A stretch of 64,000 nt of DNA. It comes from an uncultured bacterium. Lineage in GTDB: Bacteria; Patescibacteriota; Minisyncoccia; UBA6257; 2-01-FULL-56-20. Shown here piece after piece: positions 1 through 9,714 of the stretch. The position numbers were made by a program, and so were the translations under genes. Every line of letters starts with the position of its first letter. The first letter of the stretch is position 1. The stretch spans positions 656,344 to 720,343 of the forward strand of contig CAVOJZ010000002.1 of assembly GCA_963696395.1 (NCBI GenBank), in the 5' to 3' direction. Below the pieces are notes generated by a model that was not told where the DNA came from, searched no databases, and was given only the letters and a program-made list of their open reading frames with translations.

Positions 1-240
1 GGCACCCGCGTATACGGATTTATCGTGCAGGAGCACGAATTATCGGCCGACCTTGCCGATGTCCAGGCAAAGCTTACGAAGGCACAAACCGACGCGGCAT
101 CGCTTCAGGAAGAGTCGCAGTATCTTGCGAACCCGTTGAACCTGGAAAAAGAATTACGCGCACGATTTAATTATAAAAAGCCCGGCGAGACAATGATCAT
201 TATTGTTCCCGAGCAAAGCTCAACTGCGAGTTCCACCTGA
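1..240 (+). CDS. Septum formation initiator (FtsB/DivIC-like), 5'-partial
   Basis: Frame is open from base 1. A coiled coil is followed by LEKELRARFNYKKPGETMIII, matching the DivIC C-terminal pattern (E..AR..L...KPGE). Confidence 0.7.
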   Translation, partial: GTRVYGFIVQEHELSADLADVQAKLTKAQTDAASLQEESQYLANPLNLEKELRARFNYKKPGETMIIIVPEQSSTASST

Positions 241-314
241 AGAGGAAAAAAAGAGGCGTCGTTTTGACGCCTCCGTTTTCGAGGCTGAGCGCACGACAAC
301 CATAGAGAATTCAC

Positions 315-694
315 TTATGGTGCGACGCTGCTTGGCGGTAGCGATGTAAAGTACCAAATAAAAAGTGCGATGAGCGTGGCAGCGATGGCTATCCAAATCA
401 AAAAGCGGCGCACGGTAATCTGCTCGGGTGCAATGCGCCCCCACCGTCCAGTATTCTCAGCTCTTTTCATGACTGTTTCATCGGGCGAAGAACGTGCTCC
501 AATAATCGCAAGGACGATGCCAAGAGCGCAGGTTACAAGCCCGAGAGCGCTAAAAGCCACATCGCTTCGCACGCCGATAAAAACGAAGATTATCATTACG
601 AGAGGCCGACGATGAGTCCAGAAAACAATCCCCGTAAAACGCCAGCGAGATTAAATGTCCTGTCGAACAATGATTGAGTACGACCCTTTGTCAT
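315..694 (-). pseudogene. Small membrane protein, probably frameshifted
   Basis: ATG at 694 gives MTKGRTQSLF...LIVGLS*. Removing 2 nt in ctctcgta (~597-604) joins it in frame to the hydrophobic ORF 596..315. Confidence 0.45.
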
Positions 695-793
695 ATATTA
701 ATGATAACACAGAGCATGCATCCTCCCATCGGTATGAACGAAAATGTTTCCCCTCCGACCCACCCCTCTGTTCCATTCCCTTATCGGAACCAT

Positions 794-913
794 CTTTCTC
801 TTTCTTGTATTCCTTTTTGAGGACTCTCGGAAGCACGTAGGTGCTGAGAGGTGAGGTGCGTGCGCAGCAGCGCACGACACCGTGCCTCAAAAAGGAATAC
901 AAGAAAGAGAAAG
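794..913. repeat. 120-bp element with perfect 29-bp terminal inverted repeats abutting the tRNA 3' end
   Basis: 794-822 ctttctctttcttgtattcctttttgagg is the exact reverse complement of 885-913. The interior folds into two further hairpins. Confidence 0.85.
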
Positions 914-987
914 TGGAGCGGGTAACGGGAATCGAACCCGTATCTCAACCTTGGGAAGGTCGCGTTCTACCACTGAACCATACCCGC
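914..987 (-). tRNA. tRNA-Gly (CCC)
   Basis: Reverse complement is GCGGGTATGGTTCAGTGGTAGAACGCGACCTTCCCAAGGTTGAGATACGGGTTCGATTCCCGTTACCCGCTCCA: cloverleaf, CCC anticodon, GTTCGA T-loop, encoded CCA. Confidence 0.97.
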
Positions 988-1008
988 GCGAAAACACCGC
1001 GCAGAAAA

Positions 1009-1037
1009 ATAGTACCTTAATCTTTTTTCTTCAGCAA
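1009..1037 (-). promoter_or_regulatory. sigma70-type promoter of tRNA-Gly
   Basis: Minus strand TTGCTG-17 nt-TACTAT, about 20 nt upstream of the tRNA. Confidence 0.6.
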
Positions 1038-1130
1038 ACTGAGGCAGAAAAATGCGGCGGCTATCATGACGACGGTGGGGCCGGGGTCGAGTCCGTACGC
1101 GTGAGCGATGAGGAATCCACCGGTCAGGCA
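1017..1130 (-). pseudogene. 3' remnant of a metal ABC transporter permease (ZnuB/MntB-like)
   Basis: Unannotated minus frame reads ...LTGGFLIAHAYGLDPGPTVVMIAAAFFCLSLLKKKD*, resembling the ABC-3 permease C-terminus. The rest of the gene is absent. Confidence 0.5.
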
Positions 1131-1339
1131 ATAAGTGCCCGTTGAAATTGTCCACCCGAGTCTATCGTTTGTTTAATAACGTACCAACGCGCCGGACTGT
1201 ACAGAATGGGTTGCATTTATAACGAATTTGTGGTAAAAATGCGCCAGTAGGTCTGTTTTTAATTGCACCTTAACAAAAGATTTTTTGGGCTCTTTTACAT
1301 TTTTACTAAAGAGTCGCAAAAAATAAATATAAGATTTTT

Positions 1340-4300
1340 ATGGTTAGTTCAAAACGAAAGATAGCCGCGGTGGGTGTGCTTGCGGTAGGGTTTTTCCTCG
1401 CAGGCGCCATCCTCCGTACGGCGTACGCGGATTCAAGTTCCAGCACGGCAATCTCGAGTTCTTCATTTGCTTCGAGCGAAAGCTACGGATCGAATGCCAC
1501 CTCGAGCGCAACGGCAACTTCAAGCGTTGACGGAAGCTCGGTCTCGGCTTCGGCCTCGAGCGAGAGCGGCAACGATCAAGGACCGGAGTGCGATTGCGGC
1601 GATGGACACGAGCACTCCTGCGCACACCTTAAAGTCTACGTGAATGTCGTGAATGCCGGAGGCGGCACAGCGACGTCATCCGACTTTACGGTTGATGTGA
1701 CCGGGAACAATCCCGATCCGTCTCAATTTCAAGGATCAGCAGCCGGGACCAAAGTGCAACTCGGAAATGGAACGTATAACGCGACGGAGCCGTCTCCGCT
1801 CGTAAATTATTCGGCTTCATATTCCAACGATTGTTCAGGCATCATGGCGAACGGTGATTCGAAAGACTGCAATATCACCGACACCTACGTTCCGTCTTCT
1901 CCCGTTGCTGATATATCGGTTACCAAAGTGGTTGATAATTCGAAACCGAGCGAAGGGGACTTCGTGCATTACACAATAACGGCGACCGACCTCGGCCCGG
2001 CAACTTCAACAGGAGTTGTCGCGTCGGACACGCTGCCTGCAGGAGTCACTTTTGTGAGCGACACCGCATCGCAAGGATCGTACGATCCTGCGACAGGCTT
2101 GTGGAATGTGGGAACGCTTTCGGCGAACTCTTCGGCATCGGTTCAGATCACCGCTACGGTAAATGCCGGGACAGCCGGCGAGACGATCACGAATACCGTG
2201 ACGATCGGTGAATCGTCAACCGAGATCGATCCGGTAACGAGCAACAACACTGCAAGTGCATCGATTACAGTCCAAGGTTGTGGCTGCAACGGCGCGCACA
2301 TCAGGGTGGTTGTGGATGTTATCGGCGGCACAGCGACGTCATCCGACTTTACGGTTGATGTGACCGGAAATAATCCGATCCCTTCACAGTTCCAGGGTTC
2401 CTTGGTTGGAACCGATGTTGCTCTTGGCGCAGGTGCGTATAACGTGACGGAGCCAGCTCCGTTGCCAAACTATACGGCTACCTATGCGAAGGCATGTTCC
2501 GGAACTATTCAGAATGGCGATGATAAGCGTTGTGTCATAACTGACACGTATGCATCATTGCCCTTGGCTGATATTGAAGTCGGGAAGACCGTTGATAATG
2601 CGAATCCGAATGTCGGTGACCCGATCCAATACACGATCACGGCAACCGATCTCGGACCAGCGACATCAACAGGAGTTGTCGCGTCGGATACGTTGCCCTC
2701 GGGAGTCACATATGTGAGCAACACTGCTTCACAGGGATCGTATGATCCTGCGAGCGGTTTGTGGAATGTGGGAACACTTTCCGCAAGCTCGTCGGCATCG
2801 CTCGTCATCAATGTGACGGTTAACGCCGGAACAGCCGGTACGACGATCACAAATACCGCAACGATCGGCGAATCAGCCAGTGAAACCGATCCGAACCCTG
2901 CCAACAATTCTTCGTCAGTCAGCATCCTGGTCCAGGGTGGCGGCGGCGGAGGTAGTACGGCTGACATCGGCATCCTGAAGACGGTCAGCAATGCGAATCC
3001 GGCACCCAACACCACCATCAATTACACTTTGACGGCAATGGCAGCGGGTCCGGCGACTTCGACAGGAGTCGTGGCAACGGATACGTTGCCTGCGGGAGTC
3101 ACGTTTGTTTCCGCAACATCATCCGAAGGTACTTATTCAAGCTCTACGGGAAGTTGGCAGATCGGCGATATGTCGGTCAGCTCTACCGCTCAGCTTGTGA
3201 TAACGGCTTCGGTTGATGCAGCTTCAGCGGGACAGACGATCACGAACACCGCAACGATCGGGGAATCAGCCAGTGAAACCGATCCGAATCCTGCCAACAA
3301 TTCTTCGTCAGTCCAGATTAACGTCCAGGGCGGCGGAGGTGGAGGCAGTACGGCTGACATCCAGATTGAGAAAACCGTTGACAATGCAAATCCGGCGCCG
3401 GGCGCAACCGTGACGTACACGATTGCCGTAACCGACAACGGACCGGACGCGTCTCAAATCGTTGATGCGCAAGACGTTTTGCCGACCGGTCTCAGCATCA
3501 TTTCCGCAACCACGTCACAGGGAACGTTCACCGATGGTGGCACCCTCGACTGGAACATCGGAACGGTTGCTCCGAACGCAACGGCAACGTTGGTTCTCGT
3601 GACTTCCGTCGGTTCCAATACAGCGGGACAGACGATCACGAACACTGCAACGGTAACGCAGTTGAGTTCCATCAACGATCCGAACCTTGCCAACAATTCT
3701 TCGTCAGTCAGCATCCTGGTCCAGGGTGGTGGCGGAGGGGGAGGTGGTGGCGGTGGTGGCGGCGGAACGCCGACCGCGGAAATTGCGATTGCAAAATCCG
3801 TGGACAATGCGAATCCGAGCGTGGGAGCCACGATCCATTACGGTGTCACGGTTTCCGCACTTGGCCCTTCGGCATCGTTGGGAGTTAATGCAACGGATAC
3901 GTTGCCTGCCGGACTCACGTTTGTTTCCGCAACCACATCGGCCGGAATCTATAACGCGAGCTCGGGTTCCTGGAGTCTCGGGACGATCGTTAATGGGACG
4001 CATGCAACGCTTACCATTACCGCTCTTGTCACGGGCACGCCCGGGGAAACAATCACGAACACGGCGACCGTTGGCGAATCGAATGCGGTGAACGATCCGA
4101 ACACGCAGAATAATACTGCGAGTGTATCGCTTACCGTTGCCGGCGGAAGCAGTGGTGGCGGCGGAGGCGGTGGCGGGGAAGTGCTTGGAACAAGCACGAG
4201 CACCGGCCAGGTCCTCGGCGCCAGCTGCGGATTGTATCTGAATGAGTACATTCACCCGATCCGCAAGAACTTGAACGATCCGATGGAGGTGGAAAAACTG

Positions 4301-4543
4301 CAAACGTTCCTGAACCAGAATCTCGGGTTGGACCTTCCGGTCACCGGGTACTATGGTTCAAAGACGATTGCCGCAGTTGACCAGTTCCAGGTGAAATACC
4401 ACTCGGAAGTTCTCGCACCATGGTTACACTTCGGTCTTCCGACCGAATTCACACCAACGGATTACGTGTACAAGACGACGCAGCGCTGGATCAACCTGAT
4501 CATGTGCCCGCCGTTGAATCTCGCAATCCCGCAATTGCCTTAG
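1340..4543 (+). CDS. Secreted DUF11 (conserved repeat domain) surface protein with C-terminal peptidoglycan-binding-like domain
   Basis: Signal peptide, S-rich linker, five ADI.V.K.VDN..P..G....YTI...D.LP.G repeats, two Cys-bridged Ig-like repeats, poly-Gly, and a VEKLQTFLN...TGYYGSKTIAAVDQFQ motif. Confidence 0.85.
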   Translation: MVSSKRKIAAVGVLAVGFFLAGAILRTAYADSSSSTAISSSSFASSESYGSNATSSATATSSVDGSSVSASASSESGNDQGPECDCGDGHEHSCAHLKVYVNVVNAGGGTATSSDFTVDVTGNNPDPSQFQGSAAGTKVQLGNGTYNATEPSPLVNYSASYSNDCSGIMANGDSKDCNITDTYVPSSPVADISVTKVVDNSKPSEGDFVHYTITATDLGPATSTGVVASDTLPAGVTFVSDTASQGSYDPATGLWNVGTLSANSSASVQITATVNAGTAGETITNTVTIGESSTEIDPVTSNNTASASITVQGCGCNGAHIRVVVDVIGGTATSSDFTVDVTGNNPIPSQFQGSLVGTDVALGAGAYNVTEPAPLPNYTATYAKACSGTIQNGDDKRCVITDTYASLPLADIEVGKTVDNANPNVGDPIQYTITATDLGPATSTGVVASDTLPSGVTYVSNTASQGSYDPASGLWNVGTLSASSSASLVINVTVNAGTAGTTITNTATIGESASETDPNPANNSSSVSILVQGGGGGGSTADIGILKTVSNANPAPNTTINYTLTAMAAGPATSTGVVATDTLPAGVTFVSATSSEGTYSSSTGSWQIGDMSVSSTAQLVITASVDAASAGQTITNTATIGESASETDPNPANNSSSVQINVQGGGGGGSTADIQIEKTVDNANPAPGATVTYTIAVTDNGPDASQIVDAQDVLPTGLSIISATTSQGTFTDGGTLDWNIGTVAPNATATLVLVTSVGSNTAGQTITNTATVTQLSSINDPNLANNSSSVSILVQGGGGGGGGGGGGGGTPTAEIAIAKSVDNANPSVGATIHYGVTVSALGPSASLGVNATDTLPAGLTFVSATTSAGIYNASSGSWSLGTIVNGTHATLTITALVTGTPGETITNTATVGESNAVNDPNTQNNTASVSLTVAGGSSGGGGGGGGEVLGTSTSTGQVLGASCGLYLNEYIHPIRKNLNDPMEVEKLQTFLNQNLGLDLPVTGYYGSKTIAAVDQFQVKYHSEVLAPWLHFGLPTEFTPTDYVYKTTQRWINLIMCPPLNLAIPQLP

Positions 4544-4560
4544 AGGCCTCTTCGGCAATG

Positions 4561-4601
4561 CAAAAACAAAAACCCCGATCATGACGGGGTTTTTGTTTTT
4601 G
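4561..4601. terminator. Bidirectional intrinsic terminator
   Basis: caaaaacaaaaacccc-gatcatgac-ggggtttttgtttttg. Confidence 0.8.
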
Positions 4602-4646
4602 TGCGGATAGTAAATTGATATACTGAAGATGCCGTTCAATTGATCC

Positions 4647-7600
4647 ATGAGGTATTCGTATAAATTTTTTTTTATCACAACCGTTGCACTCTGTGGGGTT
4701 TTTATTATCAATCCAACCGCGAAAGCCGCCCTTTGGAGTGGGATCGTTGATCCTTCGAGAGCGGTTGATTGGAGCCAGGCGGGAGCCACGATTTCGATAA
4801 CCCGAACACAATGCTTCACAACGCAGTGCAATGTGGTTTCAAATGGGACCACCGTTACCGCGGCCTCGATCAACGCGGCACTTGCTTCAGCGCCCGCAAA
4901 CACTTACGTGCTCATTCCCGCCGGATCGTTCACGATGTCGGCCGGACTCAACTTCGATAACAAGAGCAATATAACATTGAGAGGTGCGGGGTCTAACGGC
5001 ACATTTTTGACATTTACCGGTTCTGGCAATGCAGGGAATTGCAACGGAAATGATGTGTGTGCTTCGAGTGCCGACACGAATTATTGGGGCGGTCCATCAA
5101 ACATAGCGACATGGAGTGGCACAAACGGCATGAACGGAAGCTATAGCAAGGGCGCCACATCGATAATATTAAATTCAGTTAACAATCTTTCTGTCGGGAT
5201 GCCGGTGGTACTTGATCAAATTGACGATCAAGCTGATAATGGCGGTCTTTATGTTGGATGTGAATACGGAAGTAGCAACAGCGGTGGAGATGTCTCGACC
5301 GCCTGTTACCCGGGCGGTTATCCAAGCGGCTTCCAGCGTGGCGAAGGTTCACTTTCCACCATCCGTGGCCAACAGCAGATTGTGAACGTCACGAGTATTT
5401 CAGGTTCCGGTCCGTACAACGTGGGAATCTCGCCCGGTATTTATGCGGACAATTTTAAAACGAGCCATTCGCCTGGCGCATGGTGGGCGACCAGTCCGAT
5501 ATATAATGATGCCGTTGAAAATATTTCACTCGATCATACGAATGGCGGAGACGGTATCGACTTCTTTAATTGCACCGGTTGCTGGGTTAAAGGTGTTCGT
5601 GGCGTTCGTGCAAGTGTCACGGGTACCGGATGGGCGAACGTCACGCTTTCGCTTTGCAACCACTGTACCGTGCGGGATTCATATTTCTATGGTTATGACG
5701 GAGATTCATACGGGATAGCGGTTGATCTTGCGAGCGACGTGCTGATTGAAAACAATATAACGCAACGGCCAGAGGTAGTATCATTCTTTAATTCGGATTG
5801 CGAGGGGTGTGTAGCCGATTACAACTTTGGCACCAATGATGTGTTCACGAATTCTTCCAATTGGCTTTCCCAAAGCAGCTACTATCATAGTGTCGATTTA
5901 TTCAGTCTTCTTGAAGGGAATATCGGATCGGGGATTTATGCGGACAGCTTTCACGGAACAAAGGGGTTGAATACGCAGTTCCGGAATCGCTTCGACGGAA
6001 GGGAGGAAAACAATGGAAACGCCACTTACTCTGGAACCGTAGCGTTGCGTCTTAATCCTGGTGCGCGTTACAACAACGCGATCGGAAACATTCTTGGCAC
6101 GCCAGGATATCACACGGTATACGAAAGCACCCCTGCGAGTTACGGTAGTCTTTACAATTCAGTTATTGACGCTGGCGCATACGGAGAAACCGGCACGATG
6201 GATGCTTTGGTTGCCCCGACTTCGATGTTTTGGGGAAACTGGGATGTCGTTTCGAATGCGAGCCGCTGGTGTGGTAATGCTTCCGACCCGGGATGGTCAA
6301 CGACGTGCGCAAGCGTTTCCGAAGTGCCAACGGGGCTGAGTAACTATGCGAACGCCGTTCCACTCACTACGACACTGCCTCCATCTTTTATCTATTCAGC
6401 GAAGCCTTCGTGGTGGCCGGCGAACAAAGCTTGGCCTCCAATTGGACCTGACGTTTCCGGCGGAAATGTAGGGCAATGCTCGGGAGGAATCTACGACAGT
6501 TCCGAGGCGATTTCTTCGGCGGAATGTTCGGGCGGGAGTTTTTCTCCTGTTGCGGGCGGGATGGTGAACAGCATCCCGGCGATGGATTGTTACTTCAATA
6601 TCATGGGAGGAGTTCCAAACGGAACCGGAAACGCCTTGTCGTTTGATCCCTCTCTCTGTTATGCCAGCGGAGGAGGCGGAGACACTCAACCCCCAACGGT
6701 TTCTATCACCAACCCAATAAATGGAGCAACAGTTTCGTCTACGGTTATTATCAGCGCGAATGCCTCCGATAACGTAGCAGTAGCTTCTGTTCAGTTTTTT
6801 GTGGATGGGGCCGCAATTGGCACGGATGGAGCGCCTCCTTATACATTTTCATGGGATTCAACGTCTGTTTCGAATGGAACCCATACGATCACAGCTAAAG
6901 CGACCGATACGTCTGGCAACGCTGCGTCTGCGTCAATCACTGTTACCGTGATGAATATCGGCAACGGTGGGGGAGGATTGGGACAAGTAATACAGACTTG
7001 CGGCAACCAGGCGTACGCAAATAAAAATGTTGCTTGCACGTTCGGAAATGCCATCCAGGCTGGAAACGTTATCGTAGTATACGGGTCGGGGAGTATCGGC
7101 TCTTCTACTGGATCGATTTCTGGGTGTGGGCTCACGTGGACCTATCTCAAGCAGGACGCCGCCACTGGATATGTCTCTGCTTACGCCCCTGTGACAAATA
7201 CGAGCGGTTGCACATTAACGATGAGCGAGAGCAACAGTCCAAGCGATGAATCATATGTGAACGCCATTGAAGTTTCGGGGATTACAACAACGGTGGACGG
7301 AAATTCTTATTCCTACAACACGAATCCCGGTCAATCGTCATATGCGACACCAGACATTATTACTACGTCTGGCAATGACTTCGTAATCGGTTCTTGGCTC
7401 GTCCTTTCGAATAATCAATATGGGAGTCCAACGGTTAACTCTCCTTTTGCTCCGTTGTCATTTTCAGCCGGGAATAATGGGCTTATCACATACGACAATC
7501 AATCCACGCCTGGATCAATATTCGCAACAATTAATACAAACAATTATAGCAACCAAGGATTGCAAACCGTCGCATTCAAAACTTCCGGCTCCGGCGGCGG

Positions 7601-8585
7601 TGGCGACACCCAGGCCCCCACGGTCTCCATCACCGCTCCCTCTTCCGGCTCCACCGTCTCAAGCACCATCTCCGTCCAGGCCTCAGCCTCAGATAATGTA
7701 GGGGTCACCGAAGTCCAGTTCCTCCTCGATGGATCAGTTTCCGCCACCGATCTCTCTTCCCCCTACACCTGGAGCTGGAACACGGCATCATCAAGCAATG
7801 GCCCCCATACCCTCAGTGCCAAAGCCTACGATGCCGCAGGGAACGTGGGTACCGCAACGAATGTCGGTATTACCGTGGCAAATACCTCAGGCACCGAGAC
7901 TTCCACCCCCAGCATTGCTTCCTTCTCCGCCAACCCCGGCACGATAGCCGGAGGACAGGCATCCACCCTCTCCTGGGTCGTATCCGGGAATCCTGCTCCT
8001 ACAATCGGCATCACTCCCGGCATCGGTCAGGTGAGTGGATCATCCGTATCCGTCTCTCCCTCAGAAACCACGGCATATACCCTCACGGCACAAAACAGTC
8101 TCGGAATCGCAACCGCACAAACGACCGTGACGGTAGAGACGAGTGGCGGCGGAGGAGGTGGTGGATCTGGAGGAGGCGGCGGAGGAGGAGGCGGCGGAGG
8201 CTCCGGCTCCGGCTCAGGTAGTAGTTCTGGCTCTGGCTCTGGCTCTTCTTCAGATTCTTCCCCCTCTGCTCTCCAGGCTCTTCTCCAATCCCTCTTGGCA
8301 GAGCTTGAGTCCTTGATCAACGAGCTCAACACCCAGCTTGTAGCCAGCTTTACCCGAAATCTCACGATCGGATCATCAGGACAAGACGTCAAAAACCTCC
8401 AGATCTTCCTGAATGACAACGGCTACACCGTATCCCTATCAGGAGCCGGATCTCCCGGACATGAAGGGACTACCTTTGGGGCAAAAACGGCACAGGCACT
8501 CATGAAATTCCAGGCGAAGCATCAACTCAAAGCCACCGGTTTCTTTGGACCGGCAACGAGGGCATTTATGGAGGGGAAGTGGTGA
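4647..8585 (+). CDS. Large secreted surface protein P1: beta-helix passenger type A, Ig-like domains, PG-binding C-terminus
   Basis: Signal peptide; WSGIVDPSRAVDWSQAG followed by an N/D/G-rich pectate-lyase-like region; two DTQ.PTVSIT.P...ASDNV.V..VQF Ig domains; poly-Gly/Ser; LQALLQSLL helix; RNLTIGSSGQDVKNLQIFLN...TGFFGPATR PG-binding motif. Confidence 0.85.
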   Translation: MRYSYKFFFITTVALCGVFIINPTAKAALWSGIVDPSRAVDWSQAGATISITRTQCFTTQCNVVSNGTTVTAASINAALASAPANTYVLIPAGSFTMSAGLNFDNKSNITLRGAGSNGTFLTFTGSGNAGNCNGNDVCASSADTNYWGGPSNIATWSGTNGMNGSYSKGATSIILNSVNNLSVGMPVVLDQIDDQADNGGLYVGCEYGSSNSGGDVSTACYPGGYPSGFQRGEGSLSTIRGQQQIVNVTSISGSGPYNVGISPGIYADNFKTSHSPGAWWATSPIYNDAVENISLDHTNGGDGIDFFNCTGCWVKGVRGVRASVTGTGWANVTLSLCNHCTVRDSYFYGYDGDSYGIAVDLASDVLIENNITQRPEVVSFFNSDCEGCVADYNFGTNDVFTNSSNWLSQSSYYHSVDLFSLLEGNIGSGIYADSFHGTKGLNTQFRNRFDGREENNGNATYSGTVALRLNPGARYNNAIGNILGTPGYHTVYESTPASYGSLYNSVIDAGAYGETGTMDALVAPTSMFWGNWDVVSNASRWCGNASDPGWSTTCASVSEVPTGLSNYANAVPLTTTLPPSFIYSAKPSWWPANKAWPPIGPDVSGGNVGQCSGGIYDSSEAISSAECSGGSFSPVAGGMVNSIPAMDCYFNIMGGVPNGTGNALSFDPSLCYASGGGGDTQPPTVSITNPINGATVSSTVIISANASDNVAVASVQFFVDGAAIGTDGAPPYTFSWDSTSVSNGTHTITAKATDTSGNAASASITVTVMNIGNGGGGLGQVIQTCGNQAYANKNVACTFGNAIQAGNVIVVYGSGSIGSSTGSISGCGLTWTYLKQDAATGYVSAYAPVTNTSGCTLTMSESNSPSDESYVNAIEVSGITTTVDGNSYSYNTNPGQSSYATPDIITTSGNDFVIGSWLVLSNNQYGSPTVNSPFAPLSFSAGNNGLITYDNQSTPGSIFATINTNNYSNQGLQTVAFKTSGSGGGGDTQAPTVSITAPSSGSTVSSTISVQASASDNVGVTEVQFLLDGSVSATDLSSPYTWSWNTASSSNGPHTLSAKAYDAAGNVGTATNVGITVANTSGTETSTPSIASFSANPGTIAGGQASTLSWVVSGNPAPTIGITPGIGQVSGSSVSVSPSETTAYTLTAQNSLGIATAQTTVTVETSGGGGGGGSGGGGGGGGGGGSGSGSGSSSGSGSGSSSDSSPSALQALLQSLLAELESLINELNTQLVASFTRNLTIGSSGQDVKNLQIFLNDNGYTVSLSGAGSPGHEGTTFGAKTAQALMKFQAKHQLKATGFFGPATRAFMEGKW

Positions 8586-8596
8586 GGGAAAATGAT

Positions 8597-8625
8597 TTGC
8601 AATTTTAACCGGTACATGATATAAT
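8597..8625 (+). promoter_or_regulatory. sigma70 promoter, leaderless transcript
   Basis: TTGCAA-17 nt-TATAAT with an extended TG. ATG lies 7 nt after the -10. Confidence 0.7.
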
Positions 8626-8632
8626 ATTTTTA

Positions 8633-9673
8633 ATGAAAAAGCGGTTAAAAAAGTACCTAATTCCCCATAAGGAGAACGATTATAAACCGCATTTGCTTCG
8701 CCCGAAATTTGTGGCGTTGGTTTGTCTCGTTGTTATCGTCGCTGAATCCGCGCTTCTTTTAGGGTCGCACTATCTTGTGCCCCGATCGAAGTTGTTCGGC
8801 ATTATCGTGACGAACGCATTGATCGATGAGACCAACGAGAGCAGGACGGCAAACAACCTGCCGACGCTCCACGAAAATTCATTGCTCGACGCGGCTGCGC
8901 AGGAAAAAGCCAACGATATGGCGACGAATAATTATTTTGCGCATACAAGCCCAACGGGACTCACGCCGTGGTATTGGTTCAACCAGGTCGGCTATAACTT
9001 TGCCTACGCGGGCGAAAATCTTGCCGTGAATTTTTCCGACTCGCAGGACGTGACAAACGCATGGATGAATTCGCCGGAGCATCGCGCGAATATTTTGGAT
9101 GCCAATTATAGCGACATCGGGATGGCCGCCGCGCAGGGAACCTTCCAGGGCCATCCGGCGACGTATGTCGTCGAGCTTTTCGGATCGCTTGCGCCCACGC
9201 CGGTCGCCGTGAATTCGATTCCGGGAATCGCATCGGCACAGGCGGCTCCGAAGCCTGTTGCTCCGGCCGCTCCGGCCGCAAAGCCAAAGCCAGCTTCCAA
9301 ACCGGCCCCGGCCGTCGCAAAGCCGACGTCGAGCCAGGTCTCCATTTCCATGCAGGACATCGCGACGCAAACTCCTTCGGCTACCGCGCATGCAACGAGT
9401 GTCGTGCTTGGTTTCGTTTCTTCGGATAATAATGGACCGGCGATTCGGCAGACAAACGCCATTCAGGAGGCGCTTTCGGATCCGAAGACGCTTGCCAACG
9501 ACTTTTATCTTTTCTTAATGATTCTTTTTACCGTCGCCCTTGTGCTTAATGTCTTCATTAATATCCGCATGCAATATCCCAAGCTCATTTTCGGGGGTTT
9601 GCTTGTCATCGTTGTTGCCGGGCTCGCGATACTCCTCAACCAGAGCGCCTTGGTTCACGCGGCAATCCTCTAA
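8633..9673 (+). CDS. CAP (SCP-like) domain membrane protein
   Basis: TNESR...AAQEKANDMA..NYFAH...AGENLA...AWMNSPEHRANIL; N- and C-terminal TM helices. Confidence 0.9.
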   Translation: MKKRLKKYLIPHKENDYKPHLLRPKFVALVCLVVIVAESALLLGSHYLVPRSKLFGIIVTNALIDETNESRTANNLPTLHENSLLDAAAQEKANDMATNNYFAHTSPTGLTPWYWFNQVGYNFAYAGENLAVNFSDSQDVTNAWMNSPEHRANILDANYSDIGMAAAQGTFQGHPATYVVELFGSLAPTPVAVNSIPGIASAQAAPKPVAPAAPAAKPKPASKPAPAVAKPTSSQVSISMQDIATQTPSATAHATSVVLGFVSSDNNGPAIRQTNAIQEALSDPKTLANDFYLFLMILFTVALVLNVFINIRMQYPKLIFGGLLVIVVAGLAILLNQSALVHAAIL

Positions 9674-9714
9674 AAATTGCGAAGCACCCTCCGAAGGCAT
9701 AGAATGGTAAGCAA

